NCBI GenBank assembly: GCA_964016885.1
Contig: OZ024741.1
Coordinates: forward strand, 333,622,001 to 333,686,000
DNA: 64,000 nucleotides
Origin: Eledone cirrhosa
Lineage: Eukaryota
Direction of reading: 5' to 3'
Shown here piece by piece: positions 26,217 to 40,568 of this stretch. The translations under genes and the position numbers were made by a program. The notes beneath the pieces were generated by a model, which did not search any database, was not told the origin of the DNA, and saw only the letters and a program-made list of their open reading frames with translations. Numbering within the stretch: the first letter of the stretch is position 1; each line of letters opens with the position of its first letter.

Positions 26217-26480
26217 CGATATTCTGCCCTACAATAAGAGCTCAATTGTAGGACAGACTCTAATTTCTTTAGTAAAGAGAACTAAGCTGGTCTTAACCAG
26301 TAACAACCCAAATATACAAGTATATATGTATCTGTATCTGTATGTATGTATGTATATATATAGCTATGTATATATATATCGACATTTTGTATTGGGAAAA
26401 TAGTTTCGGTTTACAAACATTTCAGGTGACAAACGACAGCCTTCAGAAACAAATGAAGTTCGTGAAACAAGGTTCCACTG
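25820..26480. mobile_element. pogo/Tigger-like MITE (25820-26159) plus a second right end (26380-26480)
   Basis: TA-CAGTGGAACCTTGGTTCACG left TIR. Right TIRs CGTGAAACGAGATTCCACTG and CGTGAAACAAGGTTCCACTG-TA. Confidence 0.75.
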
Positions 26481-27129
26481 TATTCCAGTAGGCTACTACT
26501 AACATTTTAATTTATTGACCCTGACGGTATGAAAGTCTATGTCAATCTTGGCAGAAATTCAACTCAGCCCTCTATACATTCATCAATTATCCATCATCCA
26601 TGAAGCCACCTCCATCCACCAAAGCCAACACCCCCCCACAAACACCCTACACCTTTTCATTTACAACAACTACTGTTTAATATTGTAATGTCAGTCAATA
26701 AACTGCCATTACCTTTCATCTAAAGTGGTTTATCCTGGTGAGGATCAATGTACACACACTTTTATATATTACTTTATTCTATTTTATTTTATTTTATTTT
26801 ATTTGTTATTATTATATTGTTGTTGTTGTTGTTATTATTATTGACATTATTATTGTTATTATTTTACATATGCTTGCTACTTGCTATGTCATGCATTACT
26901 AAGAGGGGGGGGGGGAACAATCAATGAGAAAGTCTGTTCAGGGTTGCATGGCCTTCTAAAAATAGCAACCCAAATATCCCTCAAATCACACCACAACTGC
27001 CTGAGAAGAAGAAATATGAATGTATGGGTAAGGCAGTGAATTGGTAGGGTTGGGGCATCAGATGAAAAATGTGTTGGTATTTGTTTTAATTCATTGTGCT
27101 GTGAGTTCAAATGGCACCAGTGGCAGTGA

Positions 27130-27385
27130 TGACAACAACAACAGTAACAATTAAACAACAACAGAGACAGCAATAACAGTAACAACAGTAACAACAGCAA
27201 CAATGAAAACAACAACAGTAACAAGAGTAACAATGACAATGACAGAAATAGCAGCAACATCAACAGCAACAATTACAACAACACTAACAAGAGCAACAAT
27301 GACAACAAGAGAAATAATGACAACAATGAGAGAAATGACAATAGCAGCACCAACAACAATGACAGTAATAACAGCAACAACAAAC
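27130..27385. repeat. (ACA)-rich low-complexity tract
   Basis: Degenerate ACA/GCA/ATG triplets. Confidence 0.85.
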
Positions 27386-28241
27386 ATTCGAACTAGAAAC
27401 TCTGTCATCGACACCTAAATACTAATCATTCAGAGTTGTACCAGAAACTAGGTCAGTGATGTGTGATGAAACTTTTTAACAACTCATAGAAGACAACACT
27501 ATGCAGATATAAAGCAAAAAATGAGCATAGTAGATTTTGTGTTTTCTTAAATGGTAACCCTGACTTTTCCATGGTGTATAGAATTCAGAGCAAGTCACTT
27601 GCCAAACAAATACACAAAGACTTATATTTTATTTGATCCTTTAAATAACCCTTTTGATACCAAACTGCCTGAAACTGCCTCTGGTTCTACAACACAAAGC
27701 TGCTTGTTTTAAAGTGTTATTTATCTATAAACCTTCCATCATAATATCATGTAAGGACATTTGTTAAATTTTGTACCAAAAAGCAGCTTAATAATGAGCA
27801 GGTAGATTTTATTTGTCTGGTGGCCATGGCAAAAGACACTTTCTTCTGTGGCCAAAGCCTTCATTGAATTTTCAAGTTTCACTTGAAAAGAAATATGAAG
27901 GTGGAGAGGAAAGTGCTGCTTCCCAGAAAATGTTTTGAATGATAGGCAAGCATGATGTAAGTTAACGGGCTTGTTCTGGGCATTCACCCGTAAATTGGAG
28001 GAGAAGAAGTAAGAAAATCTACTTGCTTTAGTAGTCAGGGGGACTGCGGCTTTTTGAGGAGGTTTTCTAAGAGCAGCCCTTAGAATGCCCCCCCCCCCCT
28101 CTTAATTTAAGGAAATCTTTCTGCTTGAATTTCATTGTTGTTTCATGTTTCTATGAAACCACACAGTACCGTTCTGTAGCGTCCTGAATATGCTTTTTGT
28201 AAACTCTTTGTGATGAATTAATTATCATTATTAAATAGTCA

Positions 28242-28390
28242 TGCTTTGCAGCAAGGAGTTACGACCCTTTATGGTCTGAATTCAAATCCTGCCGAGGTTA
28301 ACTTTGCCTTTCATCATTACGGGGTCGATAAAATAAAGTACCAGTAATACACTGGATTAATTACTGGCCTTGTGCCAAAAGTAGAAACAA
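28242..28390 (+). mobile_element. SINE family B, 5'-truncated, 15-bp TSD
   Basis: ATTATTAAATAGTCA at 28227 and 28390. Confidence 0.9.
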
Positions 28391-30455
28391 TTATTAAATA
28401 GTCAAACAATAACAAAGTTACAGAATGGAATAAAATGGGCTTTAGTGTGTGGGGGAACTCTATAGTACTTTATGTTTTAAGGTCACAATTCATTTCAATA
28501 TTTGAATTTGATGTTTTTAATAAACTCTGCTATTCAGAAAAGGAGAGAGTAGGGATTTGTTAAGAAAATAAAACAGATTATACCATGCTAGTTCTTGAAA
28601 TATGTTTATCAAATTAGTTATTTATGTTACTTTAACCCTTTAGCATTTAAACTGGCCATATCCAGCCAAAATTCTTTCACCTCTTTCTGTTCAAACTGGC
28701 CACTTATACCAATGTTAAGGTATTGTTCTCAAAATAAATAACATCAAAATCTCATAGATTCGATATTATGTGAACTATTATGAAAATACAACAGTAAATA
28801 AGGGTTTCTTATATTATTTTTCCTGGTTTCTGTCAGTAGACTACAGCTGTGTGGAGCACCATCTTGATTTAGTCGATCACATTGACCCCAGTTCTTGTGT
28901 CCCCAAATCTGGTACTTTTTTGCCAACCTCTTTTTTTTTATTTTTAGTGAACTCTAAATTATGAGACATCAACATCAATAAAAATGTAAACACACACACA
29001 CACAGGTATGATATGTTCTGTAGTTTCCATCTACCAAATTTCATTTACAAGGCATTGGTCAAACCAAGACTATAGTAGAAGACACTCAGCAGAACTGAAC
29101 CCCAAAACATTTATTTGTGAAGCAAACTCTTTAACGACACAGCCTTGCCTATGTTTGGAAACAACTAGTCACAGTAGAGACAGACAGGTATGAATTGAAG
29201 AGATTCAATAGAACTGTTGTCTTGGTTGATGACTGAATGAACTGCATTGAATGGTTAATATATTATGCAAGATAAACATATGCAAGGACCTGTGAGTAGG
29301 TGTGACTCATACTGAGGGACTAAATAAAAACTGGCTTTGAATTGGGACTCAAAGGGAAGGGAGATGAAAAAGAAACATTTTTATTCTCGAAAGTTATGGT
29401 TCATAATTGATAAGATAAAAGATAGGGAAATATAGAAGAAAGAGTAGTATAAAATAGCCTCAATCACATTGATACCAAGCTGCCTGAAACCACTTTTAGT
29501 TCTATGCTATAAAACTGTTTGTTTTAAAGTGTTCATACTTATATTAAAATATTTTTAACATAATTTTATGTCAGAAATTTTTTTTATTAAGTTATTTTTA
29601 CACACTCATTCTCATTGTCATTGTTTAGTGTCTGCTTTCCTTATTAGCAAGGGCTAGACTGTCATCAACACACCATATTGGTACTCAAGCAAAGTTACAT
29701 AACTCTAGTATGAGTTCGGGGCATGATCTTCCTTACTTCTACTGAGTGCTGAGACAAGTCACAAAAATGTATCTCATTTACATATGTTCCGCATTCTACC
29801 GGGTGAAAATACCAGGACTTCTCCAGCTGATTCCTCTTCACACTGGCCAGTCAAGACCCCAGGTGTCTTCAGACCCTGTACAGTTAATTTCCTCTATAAA
29901 ATTGGAATGACAGCAGCCTGTCTGAGGAAGAAGCCCTGTGAAGTGTGGAGGCTGTTGCAGCAGGTGTTACTGGCCATTGTCTGCGGTAATATTTTTGCCA
30001 TTTAGTCCACACTGATTCGGTTGAAACACCACTTTGACTTAGGTATAGATTCTGTCACTCTATCCCCTTCCCCCCCTTCTTTTGTTGCTTAACAATCCTT
30101 GCCCTTTCCCTCTTTTTTATTATTATATTTTATTTTTTATTAACTAGTTCTATCAACATTAAAACAATAAACTTTTATGAATTTGTTTCATCACCTTAGT
30201 AATGTTTAGTAAGTTATTTTACTAAATTTCTTAAAATTTTAGATTATGTTTCAAAATTTATGTTTTAATTGATTGAAGCACATTAGCATTACAGTGCATT
30301 TTATTAGGTATCTTCTAACAAAATGTTTAATGGGGTTACATAGACTTGAAGCAGTAATCACATGTAAACCTATTGCTTTTAGTTAAGGTCAGCATAACAT
30401 GTGGATTAAAATCTAAATGAACCCAAACATAATTACTTAATATTAATTAACATAT

Positions 30456-30595
30456 TTGCAGCAAAGAGTTACGTCCCTTTACGGTCTGAGTTCAAATCCT
30501 GCCGAGGTTAACTTTGCCTTACGGGGTCGATAAAATAAAGCACCAGTAATACACTGGGGTAATTGCTGGCCTTGTGCCAAATGTAGAAACAATTA
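30456..30595 (+). mobile_element. SINE family B, 5'-truncated
   Basis: Core and tail present, flanked by TTAATTAA.ATAT. Confidence 0.85.
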
Positions 30596-30740
30596 ATTAA
30601 TATATGATGCTATTCCCCTTTATTTACACCACTAATGACCCTTTGGGGAATACATGAAGGGTACAACATCCTATTTATATCCCCCTATATATCTGAAGCC
30701 TTTTTTACTTACATCTAAAATAGAAATCAATATGTGAGAA

Positions 30741-30943
30741 AGGTCAATCTGACATTCTGATCACTAATGCATAGTAAGGTCATTGTAACTTAGCAGGTGA
30801 CCCTGCTGACCTTGTAGTATTTACCTACAACTAAGGTCACACTGACCTTTTCGATGACTAAGGTGTATTGCGCAGTATTAATACACAAATGCAATATGAA
30901 CTGTTTAAGTTAATCGACTTAATTTTTCATGTCATAATGACCT
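30741..30943. promoter_or_regulatory. Cluster of ERE-type IR3 palindromes
   Basis: AGGTCAatcTGACAT (30741), perfect AGGTCAcacTGACCT (30834), ATGTCAtaaTGACCT (30929). Confidence 0.5.
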
Positions 30944-33754
30944 ATAGGAGATCTGAATCACATATATATATATATTGAAGCCATGTGACTATAATTATTA
31001 TTATTTCTTAAGTTTCCAAATATTAATATATGTATTATGGAATCAACTGTTTTGCAAATTAGTTTTATGCTATTCAGTTACAAGTCAGGATGATCTTAAA
31101 ACTTAATAGATGCTCTCTCTCTAGACAACAGCAGAAAGGCCAAGGAAAAGAGTTTTAGTATCTTGGAGCAAATCTTGTTAAGTTTTTCAATTCCACATTA
31201 TGGAGGCTGGTTTAAAATATCATTCAACTTTGGTAATCAAATAAAGATGTCATATTGAATTGGGTTAGCAATTTTCTATAAGCACTTTGATTGACCAATG
31301 GAAAATAAACTGAAGTATGATTTTGAAAGAAATGTCAGATAATTCTAGCCACAGTCAATAATTTCCAAATCTATTTTGTATCAAAATGGCTGACATTACA
31401 GTGAATGTAACTATGCTGTTATGATAAAAGTTTCTTCAGAATAAAAGAAAAAGAAAAAAAAGAAAGAAGAAATGTTTTCCCTTTGAACCAGGGAACAATT
31501 GACATCTTCAGTAATATATGTTTCTGTATGCATGCTAAATTAGACCACTTGGGACAATTGTTCTCGTGTGAGAATGCTACTCATCTTCATTTTCACAGAT
31601 ATAACACACTCTCGATGACATTTGCCTTTCATCCTTACGGGGTCGATAAAATAAAGTGCCAGTAGTACACTGGAATAATTGCTGGCCTTGTGCCAAAAGT
31701 AGAAACAATTATTTCAAAGAAAGCTTCTCTCTCCCTCTCTATCTCTCTCTCTGTTCATTGGAACACTCTCAGTCATACTCTGCCCTCCTCTCTCTAAAGA
31801 AACATACACTTATGTTGCCATACCCACCACAAATGCTGTAGTTACTGATATCTATCCTTTCACATCTATAACAATACATCTTCCCTATAGCAGCTATTAC
31901 TAGTTGAAAAAAAAATAATAATAAAACTATAAAAAAAAAAATATTTGAGAAATCTATTCTTTTCCTTTCTCTCTCAGAACATGCTTGTCTTCCCTTTTAC
32001 ATCCTACCTGATCATTAACAATCATTAATTATTTCATTTTAGCATGGTAGATTGGCAGTATCATTAGAGTGTAGGACAAAATACTTTGTGGTGTTTAGTT
32101 ATGACTTTCTATATTCTGAGTTCAAATCCTGCTGATGTCACCTTTGCCTTTCAGCTGTCTAAGTAAGCTTTGCCTTCTTAATAACTGAGGAGATATGAAA
32201 ATCATTTTAAGTCCAGAGTTGATTTACAACTCCTATTCAAATAGAGACATGTATTAACTCTTTTTATGTCACATTTCTAAAGAAAAAATAGTTTGGAAGA
32301 ATTTGGAGGAATTTAATAAACCAACTTTTCCAATTACTAATCCTTTTCTTACCATATTTCTAACAAAATACATTGCCCATCTGTACAAAATACATTGCCC
32401 ATTCATTTCGAAAATAGTCAAGGATTTGTAGGATTCAGTAAAATAATATTCTTATTATTTATCTTGGGCGATGTATTGGCTGCATTGGGAAAGGGTTGAA
32501 CATGTTTTGTGGCATATAGTTACGTCCTTTATGTTCTGTGTTCTAATCCCACTGAGATTTGATTTGCTTTTCATCCTCGTGGAGTTGATAAAATAAAGCT
32601 CCAGGAACACATTAGGATCGATTTAATGGACTTTCTTTTTCCCAAATAATTGTGAGCCTTGTGCCTAAATCAGAAATCATTATTCACCGCAAATCACTGA
32701 ATTTAACCAGTTTTAACCTTTTTGTGACTGAGATTGTAATGAAATACACTGTATTTTAATTAATTAATTATTCAATTAATTAAGAATTTTAAGGCATTTA
32801 CAACAATTGTCAATTATTTCATTACTCAGTAACTAAACATATGGTTCGTATATAAAATTATGCTGAAAGATTTGAATTTAAATAGGAACCCTCTAAAATG
32901 GATGGTTATTTTCAGAGAGCCAGAGCTTGATTTAGCCATATTTGAACTAATCTTTCCCAAACATCTTCTGGTTGTATGATATAAAACCTCTCATTTTGAA
33001 ATGTCTATATTTAAATTAACACTTTCTATCATAATTTTATGCAAGAATTTTTTGTTAAGTTCCAGCCACCAACTTATTAAAATATTAATTCTTTCACTAA
33101 ATTATTCCAAATTGTTTTGCTCAGGTGTTTTATATTTCATTAACTGAACACTTTTAAAGGAAGTTTCAGTTCATTGAATGTTTTTCTACATGCACCATAT
33201 TCTGATTGTGAGACTGTATTTATGAGTGTGTGTGTATGTGTGTGTGTATATACACACACACACATCATCCTCATCGTCATCATCATCCCTGTTTAACGTC
33301 GATTTTCTATGTTAGCATGGAAAACAAGTCAGATCAGATGACCATGTCTTTCTCACACAGAACTGTTTCTGGCTTAGTTTCTACAAGTGGATGCCATTGC
33401 TAATGCTAACCACATTTACAGTGTGGACTGGGTGCCTTTGTGAATGTGGTTGGCATTATGAAGGGCATCTGAGAAAGGAACATGGCTTAGTGGTTAGAGA
33501 GTTGGATTCACAATCGTGAGCTTGTAAGTTTCATTCCTGGAATTGTGTCTTTGACACAATATATATATATATATATATGTGTGTGTGTTCTTTTACTCAT
33601 ATCAGTCATGAGACTGTGGCAATGCTGAGGCACCAGCTTGAAGGAACTTAGTCAATCATATCAACCCTGATACTTATTTTCTCATGGCTGGAACATTCAT
33701 CACTTTTGTTGAATTGCATGGGCACACATATATATATATTTTTTGCTTAGAAAG

Positions 33755-33910
33755 ACTTGGGCAAAGATAGGAAAAACTGATCTCAAATTGCTGAGACTCA
33801 CAGAGGATATTATAACGAAACATGGCAAGTGGAGCGATGCTGTGCTGTAACGTACCTGTCCAATCCATGCAAGTGTGGAAAAATCGACGTAAAAACGATG
33901 ATGATGATGA
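33755..33910 (+). mobile_element. RTE LINE 3' end
   Basis: Encodes TWAKIGKTDLKLLRLTED...KW, then CCATGCAAGTGTGGAAAAATCGACGTAAAAACGATGATG. Confidence 0.7.
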
Positions 33911-36049
33911 TACACATATATATAACAGGGTTCTACACAGTTTCTGTCCACCAAATTTCATTCATACATCAATAGTCAAGCTGAACGCTACAGAAGAATA
34001 ATATATCAGCATTCTTCCCGATTGTGCACTGTTTACCATTTTCACACCTACAGATATTTGTTTAAAACACACACACATATATATATATATATATATTGTT
34101 TTGCCTTATCAAATCTACAAACAGTGCATTTATATGTACATAACTATTTGATCATTATCTTCTGAGGTGATATATTCAAGTGCAATCTTTATAGCTTAAT
34201 ATATGCTCCATTTCATAACCATATATATTTATATGCCTTAATTTATTGTCTCTGTATAGGCTGCCATTTATATCATTACAAATTACACAATTTATATTGT
34301 GGCTTAGTGTTTAGAGAATTGCTTTTGCAATTGTGAGGTTGCAAGTTTGATTCCCAGACCAGGCAATACATTATGTCCTTGAGCAAGACACTTTATTTCA
34401 TATTGCTCTTTCTACCAGGAGTTGTAACCAGCAGATAATATTAGCAAATGGAAAGACCAATGGAAAAACTGTTTCCTTGGTCCAATGTAATGAGTTCCAC
34501 CTCACTATGTAAGTGAATAAGGTTTGGGATCTTGTTGATTGATATATCTACAAATGTTTTTAAAACCTTACCCCACCCTAATTTATGTTATATTTTATAG
34601 ATATATCTTATTTACATTTGCTTTAAACATATTTCACAAGTGAAGGTATGTGGTTTGGTGGTTAATGTGTTTGGCTTGTGATCATATGGTTGATAGTTTG
34701 AGTTCCAGTAGCATGTTCTGTTCTTGAGAAAGACTCTTCATTTCACTTTGCTCCAGGATCATACAGTTGTCAATTTGACTTTTGCTATCACGTTATGTTC
34801 TTGAGCATGACTCTTCATTTCATTTTGCTTCAGTTCACTGAGCTGGAAAAAATTTATTTGTACCTATAATTCAAAAGGCCAATTTTTTCACACACTCTGT
34901 GTCATGCTGAATATACCTAAGGATTAAGTTTACACGTGTCTGTGGAATGTTCCAACACTTGCACATTAAATTTCACAAGCAGGCTGTTCCATTGATCAAA
35001 CAATTGGAATATTTGTCATCAAAACTGACAGAGGTTCGAATAACAGAAATATTTCTCAAATACAGATGTAGGTAGTAACATAGCTAGAATTTATGTTGCT
35101 CGGAAGTTGGAGGGTGAGGTCTTGTTTTTATTTCATCATCATCACCATTTAACATCAATTTTCCATGCCATGAGTTATCCCGATGTGTGTAGTGGCAAGT
35201 CAGATGACCATGTCTTGCTCATTTGTTGTGGCTGTTGTGTATCCCATAGGTCAGGTGTAGGCTGTAGTGGAACTAGAATTTGTACTGCTCAAATGTTTTT
35301 GTCTTATATTCCACAACTTGTTATGGTTGTTGTTTAACCCAACAGGTTAAATTGATTGAGGTGACCTATAACCAAAGACTCCAGCCATGGCCATCCCATC
35401 TTGATTTTTAAAGGAATTTCTAAAGAGCATACTATCAAATGACATTTTTCTTTTCCAAGATGATAAAGTGGGATTTGAAGGAGATTTACTATTTATTTCT
35501 AGCCAGACTGAGAGACTACACAGAGGGTCCATTATATTGTATTGGTAACCAAGAGAGAAATGTTATAGGGTCTGGTTCATTTAAGTGTAATAAACAGTAC
35601 CTAATTATTGATTATGTGTTTATATATATTTAGCCCATGTTTTTAATGTGTTTAAATGTCTGTTTTGACATATTTTCTGTTTACTTTGACATATGAGTAG
35701 TTTTACGTATGTTGTAACCCTTCAAGAATGTGTATGTGCATGGCTTAGTGGTTGGGGGTGTTTGGCTCACAATTGTAAGGTCTGGAGTTTTACACCCTGC
35801 AGTGCATTGTCCTTCAGCAAGGCACTCTATTTTGTGTTGTTCCAGTTCAATTGGATGGCCAAAATGAACTGTACCTGTAATTCAAAGGGCCAACCTTGTC
35901 ACATGCTGTGTCACACTGAATTTCAAAGAGAATTACATTAATGGTACACATGTCTGCAGAAGACTCAGATCTTGATTGACTGTATATATCAGTATTATCA
36001 CAATTTTCCGTGCTTACATGATTTTGATGAGTCTTGCACAGCATAGCTT

Positions 36050-36300
36050 CCCTTGTTGCATTCCTTCATCATTTCTTCTGGAACATTCACCAATTTGACA
36101 TCAGCTCTAACCACTTTTGCTGAGGTCTTCCTCATTCTTCATCTTCTTCACCTTTCTTCCACTAAGACTGTTTGGTATTTCTTCAATCAATGATCATCAT
36201 CCATATATATATATATACATCACATGTCCATACCAGCATAATCTTCTCTCCAGCATATAAAATATCATTTCTCTTATGCCTAGTTTTTCTCACAGCCCTT
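36050..36300 (-). mobile_element. Decayed RTE C-terminal fragment
   Basis: EKLGIRE..LERRLCWYGHVM parallels the LINE at 4636-4710. Confidence 0.65.
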
Positions 36301-36319
36301 CTGTAAAGGGTAAACACCC

Positions 36320-36630
36320 CCTTCGGTCATGAATGACCATGGGATTTGCACCTAGAAAGTTTCCCTCCGAGGCACAAGTCCAAACAAGGTTGTTTGTGGA
36401 AGACCATTGGTCGCCTTTGCATACCAGTCTCCGCTCTCAATGTCACCGATGATGTCCAAGGGAAAGGCAATGGCAGATACAGCTTGACACCAGTGACTTT
36501 GCAACTTATTTCTACGGCTGAGTAAAATAAGGTGTCTTGCTCAAGGATACAATGCATCACCAGTCCGAGAATCAAACTCACAACCTTCCAATTGCAAGCC
36601 CAATGCTCTAAACACTAAGCCATGTGCCCC
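36320..36630 (-). mobile_element. tRNA-headed SINE, A-related subfamily (another copy at 53030-53345)
   Basis: Family A head with a different body (GCACCTAGAAA...GAGGCACAAGTCC). Confidence 0.8.
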
Positions 36631-36659
36631 TCTGTAGTTCATTAGCAACCAATTAGGTG

Positions 36660-37052
36660 ACAGGTGAATCTGTTACTTCTGATTACTGTGTGCTGAATCT
36701 GGTGTAATAATGCACCAGCTCCAGTAATTTTTACCTTTAATTCAGCCACAAAATACTTGAACTTCTCCACTTGGTTCAGTGTTAATCTATTCACATACAA
36801 AACATTACAAAACACAAGCTTTCTTGAGAGGACAAATGTCTCAGCCTTTGCAGCAATGATTTTTATTCCTACTTTGCAGTACTTGGCAGCAAAACTATCC
36901 AGTGAATGCTGGAGATCACCTGTCAATGAGTTAAATAGCACCATGTCATCTCCAAATATCAGCCAACTGACCCTACACATGTGGATTTTAATACTATTTC
37001 CATTCCATATTGTCACCTCTTCTGCTCATAATCTTTAAGAATAGGATTGACA
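36660..37052 (-). pseudogene. Decayed LINE reverse-transcriptase fragment
   Basis: LIFGDDMVL, LQHSLDSF, LNQVEKFKYF. An adjacent LSPLLLIIF lies on the opposite strand. Confidence 0.7.
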
Positions 37053-37494
37053 TACAGTATGTACTAGATGCTTTTCATCGTGTCATCAAAGCAACCACCT
37101 TACAGGGGGACCATCATGACACATATACCAGAATTACTGAATATATTAAACTATCATACAAACTGGGAAATTTGCATTTTGATGAATTAAGGGTTTGACT
37201 GCGAAAAATCATATAGTTTATGTTGATTACTGACATGTGGAAGTGATTAAAGATAAGAATGATATTTTAATAATATATTTCTATGATTTAATTACATAAA
37301 TGTTCAGCATGTATGTATAAATGATATACAGTATTAAATGTATGTGTTACTTTAGAGAAATAACTATTTATAGTGACAAATGTGTTAGAACCCAGGACCT
37401 TATGATTGGAAAGCAAACATCTGATCATAGGTATATAGCTGATATAGGAAATGCATTGTGTATATGTATGTTTGTGTGGGTAAATTTGAAAGAG

Positions 37495-37589
<95 letters not shown>

Positions 37590-38141
37590 AACACACATAG
37601 CATATTATTATGGTAAAGAAAACTGTGTTAGCCTAAGGCTTAAACAAATTCTTTTTCTGTTATGGCTTTCTTAAAAACTTTATCAGCAGGTGGTTTCAAA
37701 TTTAAATGCATGTAAGAGCTTTGTCACCCCCAGAGTAAAAGCGCTGCCTGGGGTAATGGCAAACATAAAAAAAGTACTACTACAGTCATCACAATCGAGT
37801 ATGATTTGGTAGTATGTATCATGCTTTCACAAACAGTGCCTATGCAGTCACAAGCAGATAGAGGTACCCCCCTCAACCTGCACTCCATATTGATTCAGTG
37901 GATAATCTAGAACAGCTGCAAGGAAAAAGACTGCACCAATATTGGGGCTGGTAGTTTATCAGGCAATGAAAGGATGAAAAGTAAATTATACCCTGGCTGG
38001 ATTTGAACACAGAGACATAGAACAAGTAATCGACACTAACACTCTGTCTAATCAACCACATTTATAGCTGTAAATAGGAAATCTCAAGGAAGAACTAAAA
38101 ACAATAGAAATATATTATATACATATATACATATATATATA

Positions 38142-38422
38142 TCATCATCATCATCATCATCATCACCGTTTTACGTCGATTCTTCCACACTAGCATGGGT
38201 TAGACCGGTTGTCCTGTTGTGGGCAATGTTAGGTCGGCTTACCTTGTCTTGCTCATACAGGAACTAATTTTGGCTTGATTTCTACAGCTGGATGCCCTTC
38301 CTAACACCAACCTTATTTACAGTGAGTGCTGGGTGCTCTTTTTCTGTGGTGCCTACACGTCCACTTTACAGTGTGGGCTGGGTGCTTTTTTGCCGTGGCA
38401 CCTCCATGACCACTTTGCAGTG
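38142..38422 (-). mobile_element. SINE family A, 5'-truncated
   Basis: (CAT)n tail and GCTGGATGCCCTTCCTAACACC. Confidence 0.85.
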
Positions 38423-38895
38423 GGGGGAGGGATGGGGGCATATTACCTATATGCTTCAGCTTTGGCTTGTTCCCGTGGGAAGTCGGGTCTTCTGTATCAC
38501 TGCATGATGCCAGTTATATATATATATATATAAAGAGTACTCAATACTGAAGTAGAGATTTAATATTCATCTTATTAAGGCTAAATAGTGAGTTATGTTA
38601 CTCTGGAGAAACAAGACTCCCTATTTAGCCTTAATATGTATGTATGAAGATCCTTCTTCCCATCCTCTTACTACTTTATATATATATGTTTGTGGTGTGT
38701 GTGTGAAAATCCTTCTCCCACTTCTCTCACTACTTTATATATATATATATATACACACACTCACACCTACATATGTATACATAAATATACATTTTTGTTT
38801 ACGTTTTATACATACACATATATACAGCAAATGAAGTCTGCGACTCAATTTGAGTTCTAACTACTTTCCTTTCCTTCACTTCACCTTACTACAGC

Positions 38896-38928
<33 letters not shown>

Positions 38929-39807
38929 CAACAATACTCTGGGGAGGAGGAGGCATAAAACCCCACAACCTCCTCTTATATGATATATTCCGTTAAAACA
39001 TATCTCAATGTCTCCCAATTTCTCTCTTTAACTGAAAGAGCAATGGAGAAATAGAGAATTTCACCCTAGTTTACCCTGTGGCACTGTGACACAGCAATCC
39101 TAGCAGATGACTGGAAATGGAGAAATTTTTTTTAATGGAATTTTATTTGTGTTAATATATCAAAGTTAGCAACTTGGTATATTCCTTAGAACATCAAATA
39201 GAATGTTCTTCAATATCTGTTTTGATTTTCTGTACTCAAAACCTGAGTTCAAAACTCACCAAGGTCAACTTTGCCTTTCATCTATTCAAGGTTGATTAAT
39301 AAAGTACTACTAGTCCAGTACTGAGGTCGATTCTTTGTCTATATCTCTTTCACACTTCCTCCCTCACTCAATTGGCAGCTTTCTTAGAATGTCAGATTGA
39401 AATCTTTAGCAATATCTGTTCCTATTTTCTGTACTCAAAACCAGAGTCCAAAACTTGTTATGGTCAACTTTGCTTTTCATCCTTTCAATGTCGATTAATA
39501 AAGAACTACTAGTCCAGGACCAAGGTTGATTCTTCATCTATATCTCTTCTCGTTTCTCTCTCACTCTCTTTCTCAGGAAGAAATCAGCTGTGTTTAGACA
39601 TGGGAAGGAATGAGCTCTGCAAGTGTAAAATGCCCTAGACGCACCATATATATCGATGGCATCCCTAAAACTCCATTAGAAATTAAGGGCCAATGAATTA
39701 ATATATATCAACTAATAAGATGATAAAAAGTGTCTATGTTGGAGATAGTGTTGTCTCTGTTGAGGGGTGGGATGTAAAATATCAATTCCTTGAAATAACA
39801 GGTGTAA

Positions 39808-40004
39808 TAATTGTTTCTACGTTTGGCAGAAGGCCAGCAATTATCCCAGTGCATTACTGGTCCCTTATTTTATTGACCCCATAAGGATGAAAGGCAAAGT
39901 TAACCTTGGCGGGATTTGAACTCAGACTGTCAAGGGGCGTAACTCTGTGCTACAAAGTATGGCATGCATCCGACCCTCTGCCAATACTGCCAATTCACCG
40001 CCCT
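39808..40004 (-). mobile_element. SINE family B, full length, 11-bp TSD
   Basis: GGTGTAATAAT at 39801 and 40005. Confidence 0.9.
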
Positions 40005-40568
40005 GGTGTAATAATGTTACTGTGAAAGTGAAATATCAACTGTAATATAACGTTATTGTGTCACATTAGTTGTACAGTTAGTACACATCTCCAGCTCTCA
40101 GTGTTGGCTTGAAACATCTTTCAGTATATTGTCCAATGTAAGGTATCAGCAATTGGCTGATTTTATATTCAATATCATATTGCTGTTGTTGTTTGGCCCT
40201 AAATCTAGTTGGTATATCTGGAGGGGTGGAGCTAGCAAGGATTAGACAGGTTTACATAAACTAAGTCCGTACTGAAGTGGAGGTACTGACCTCCCAGACA
40301 GATCAGGAGCTTATGTATAATAAACATACATAGTTCTTCTTATAAAGATTTTAAGCTGTTACCTGATCCCAGCTATCCCAGGATCTGTATGAGAATACCA
40401 CTGAGGTAGCTGTGACATAATCACATTTTAAAGTACCCATAATGAGACTCATGTATGTACATTATATACTGATACTCCATCAGTTATGACGATGAGTGTT
40501 CCAGTTGATTCAATCAACAGAACAGCCTGCTTATGAAATTAACATGTATTTCACAGATCACAGACACA

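Noticed and set aside
26889-27418. Poly-Leu/Val/Thr ORFs
   Set aside because: They derive from a low-complexity (ACA)n tract.
38572-38635. Hairpin TATTAAGGCTAAATAG...CTATTTAGCCTTAATA as a ribozyme or miRNA (also 26229-26261)
   Set aside because: The hairpin is real, but no catalytic core was found on either strand. Probably a repeat remnant.
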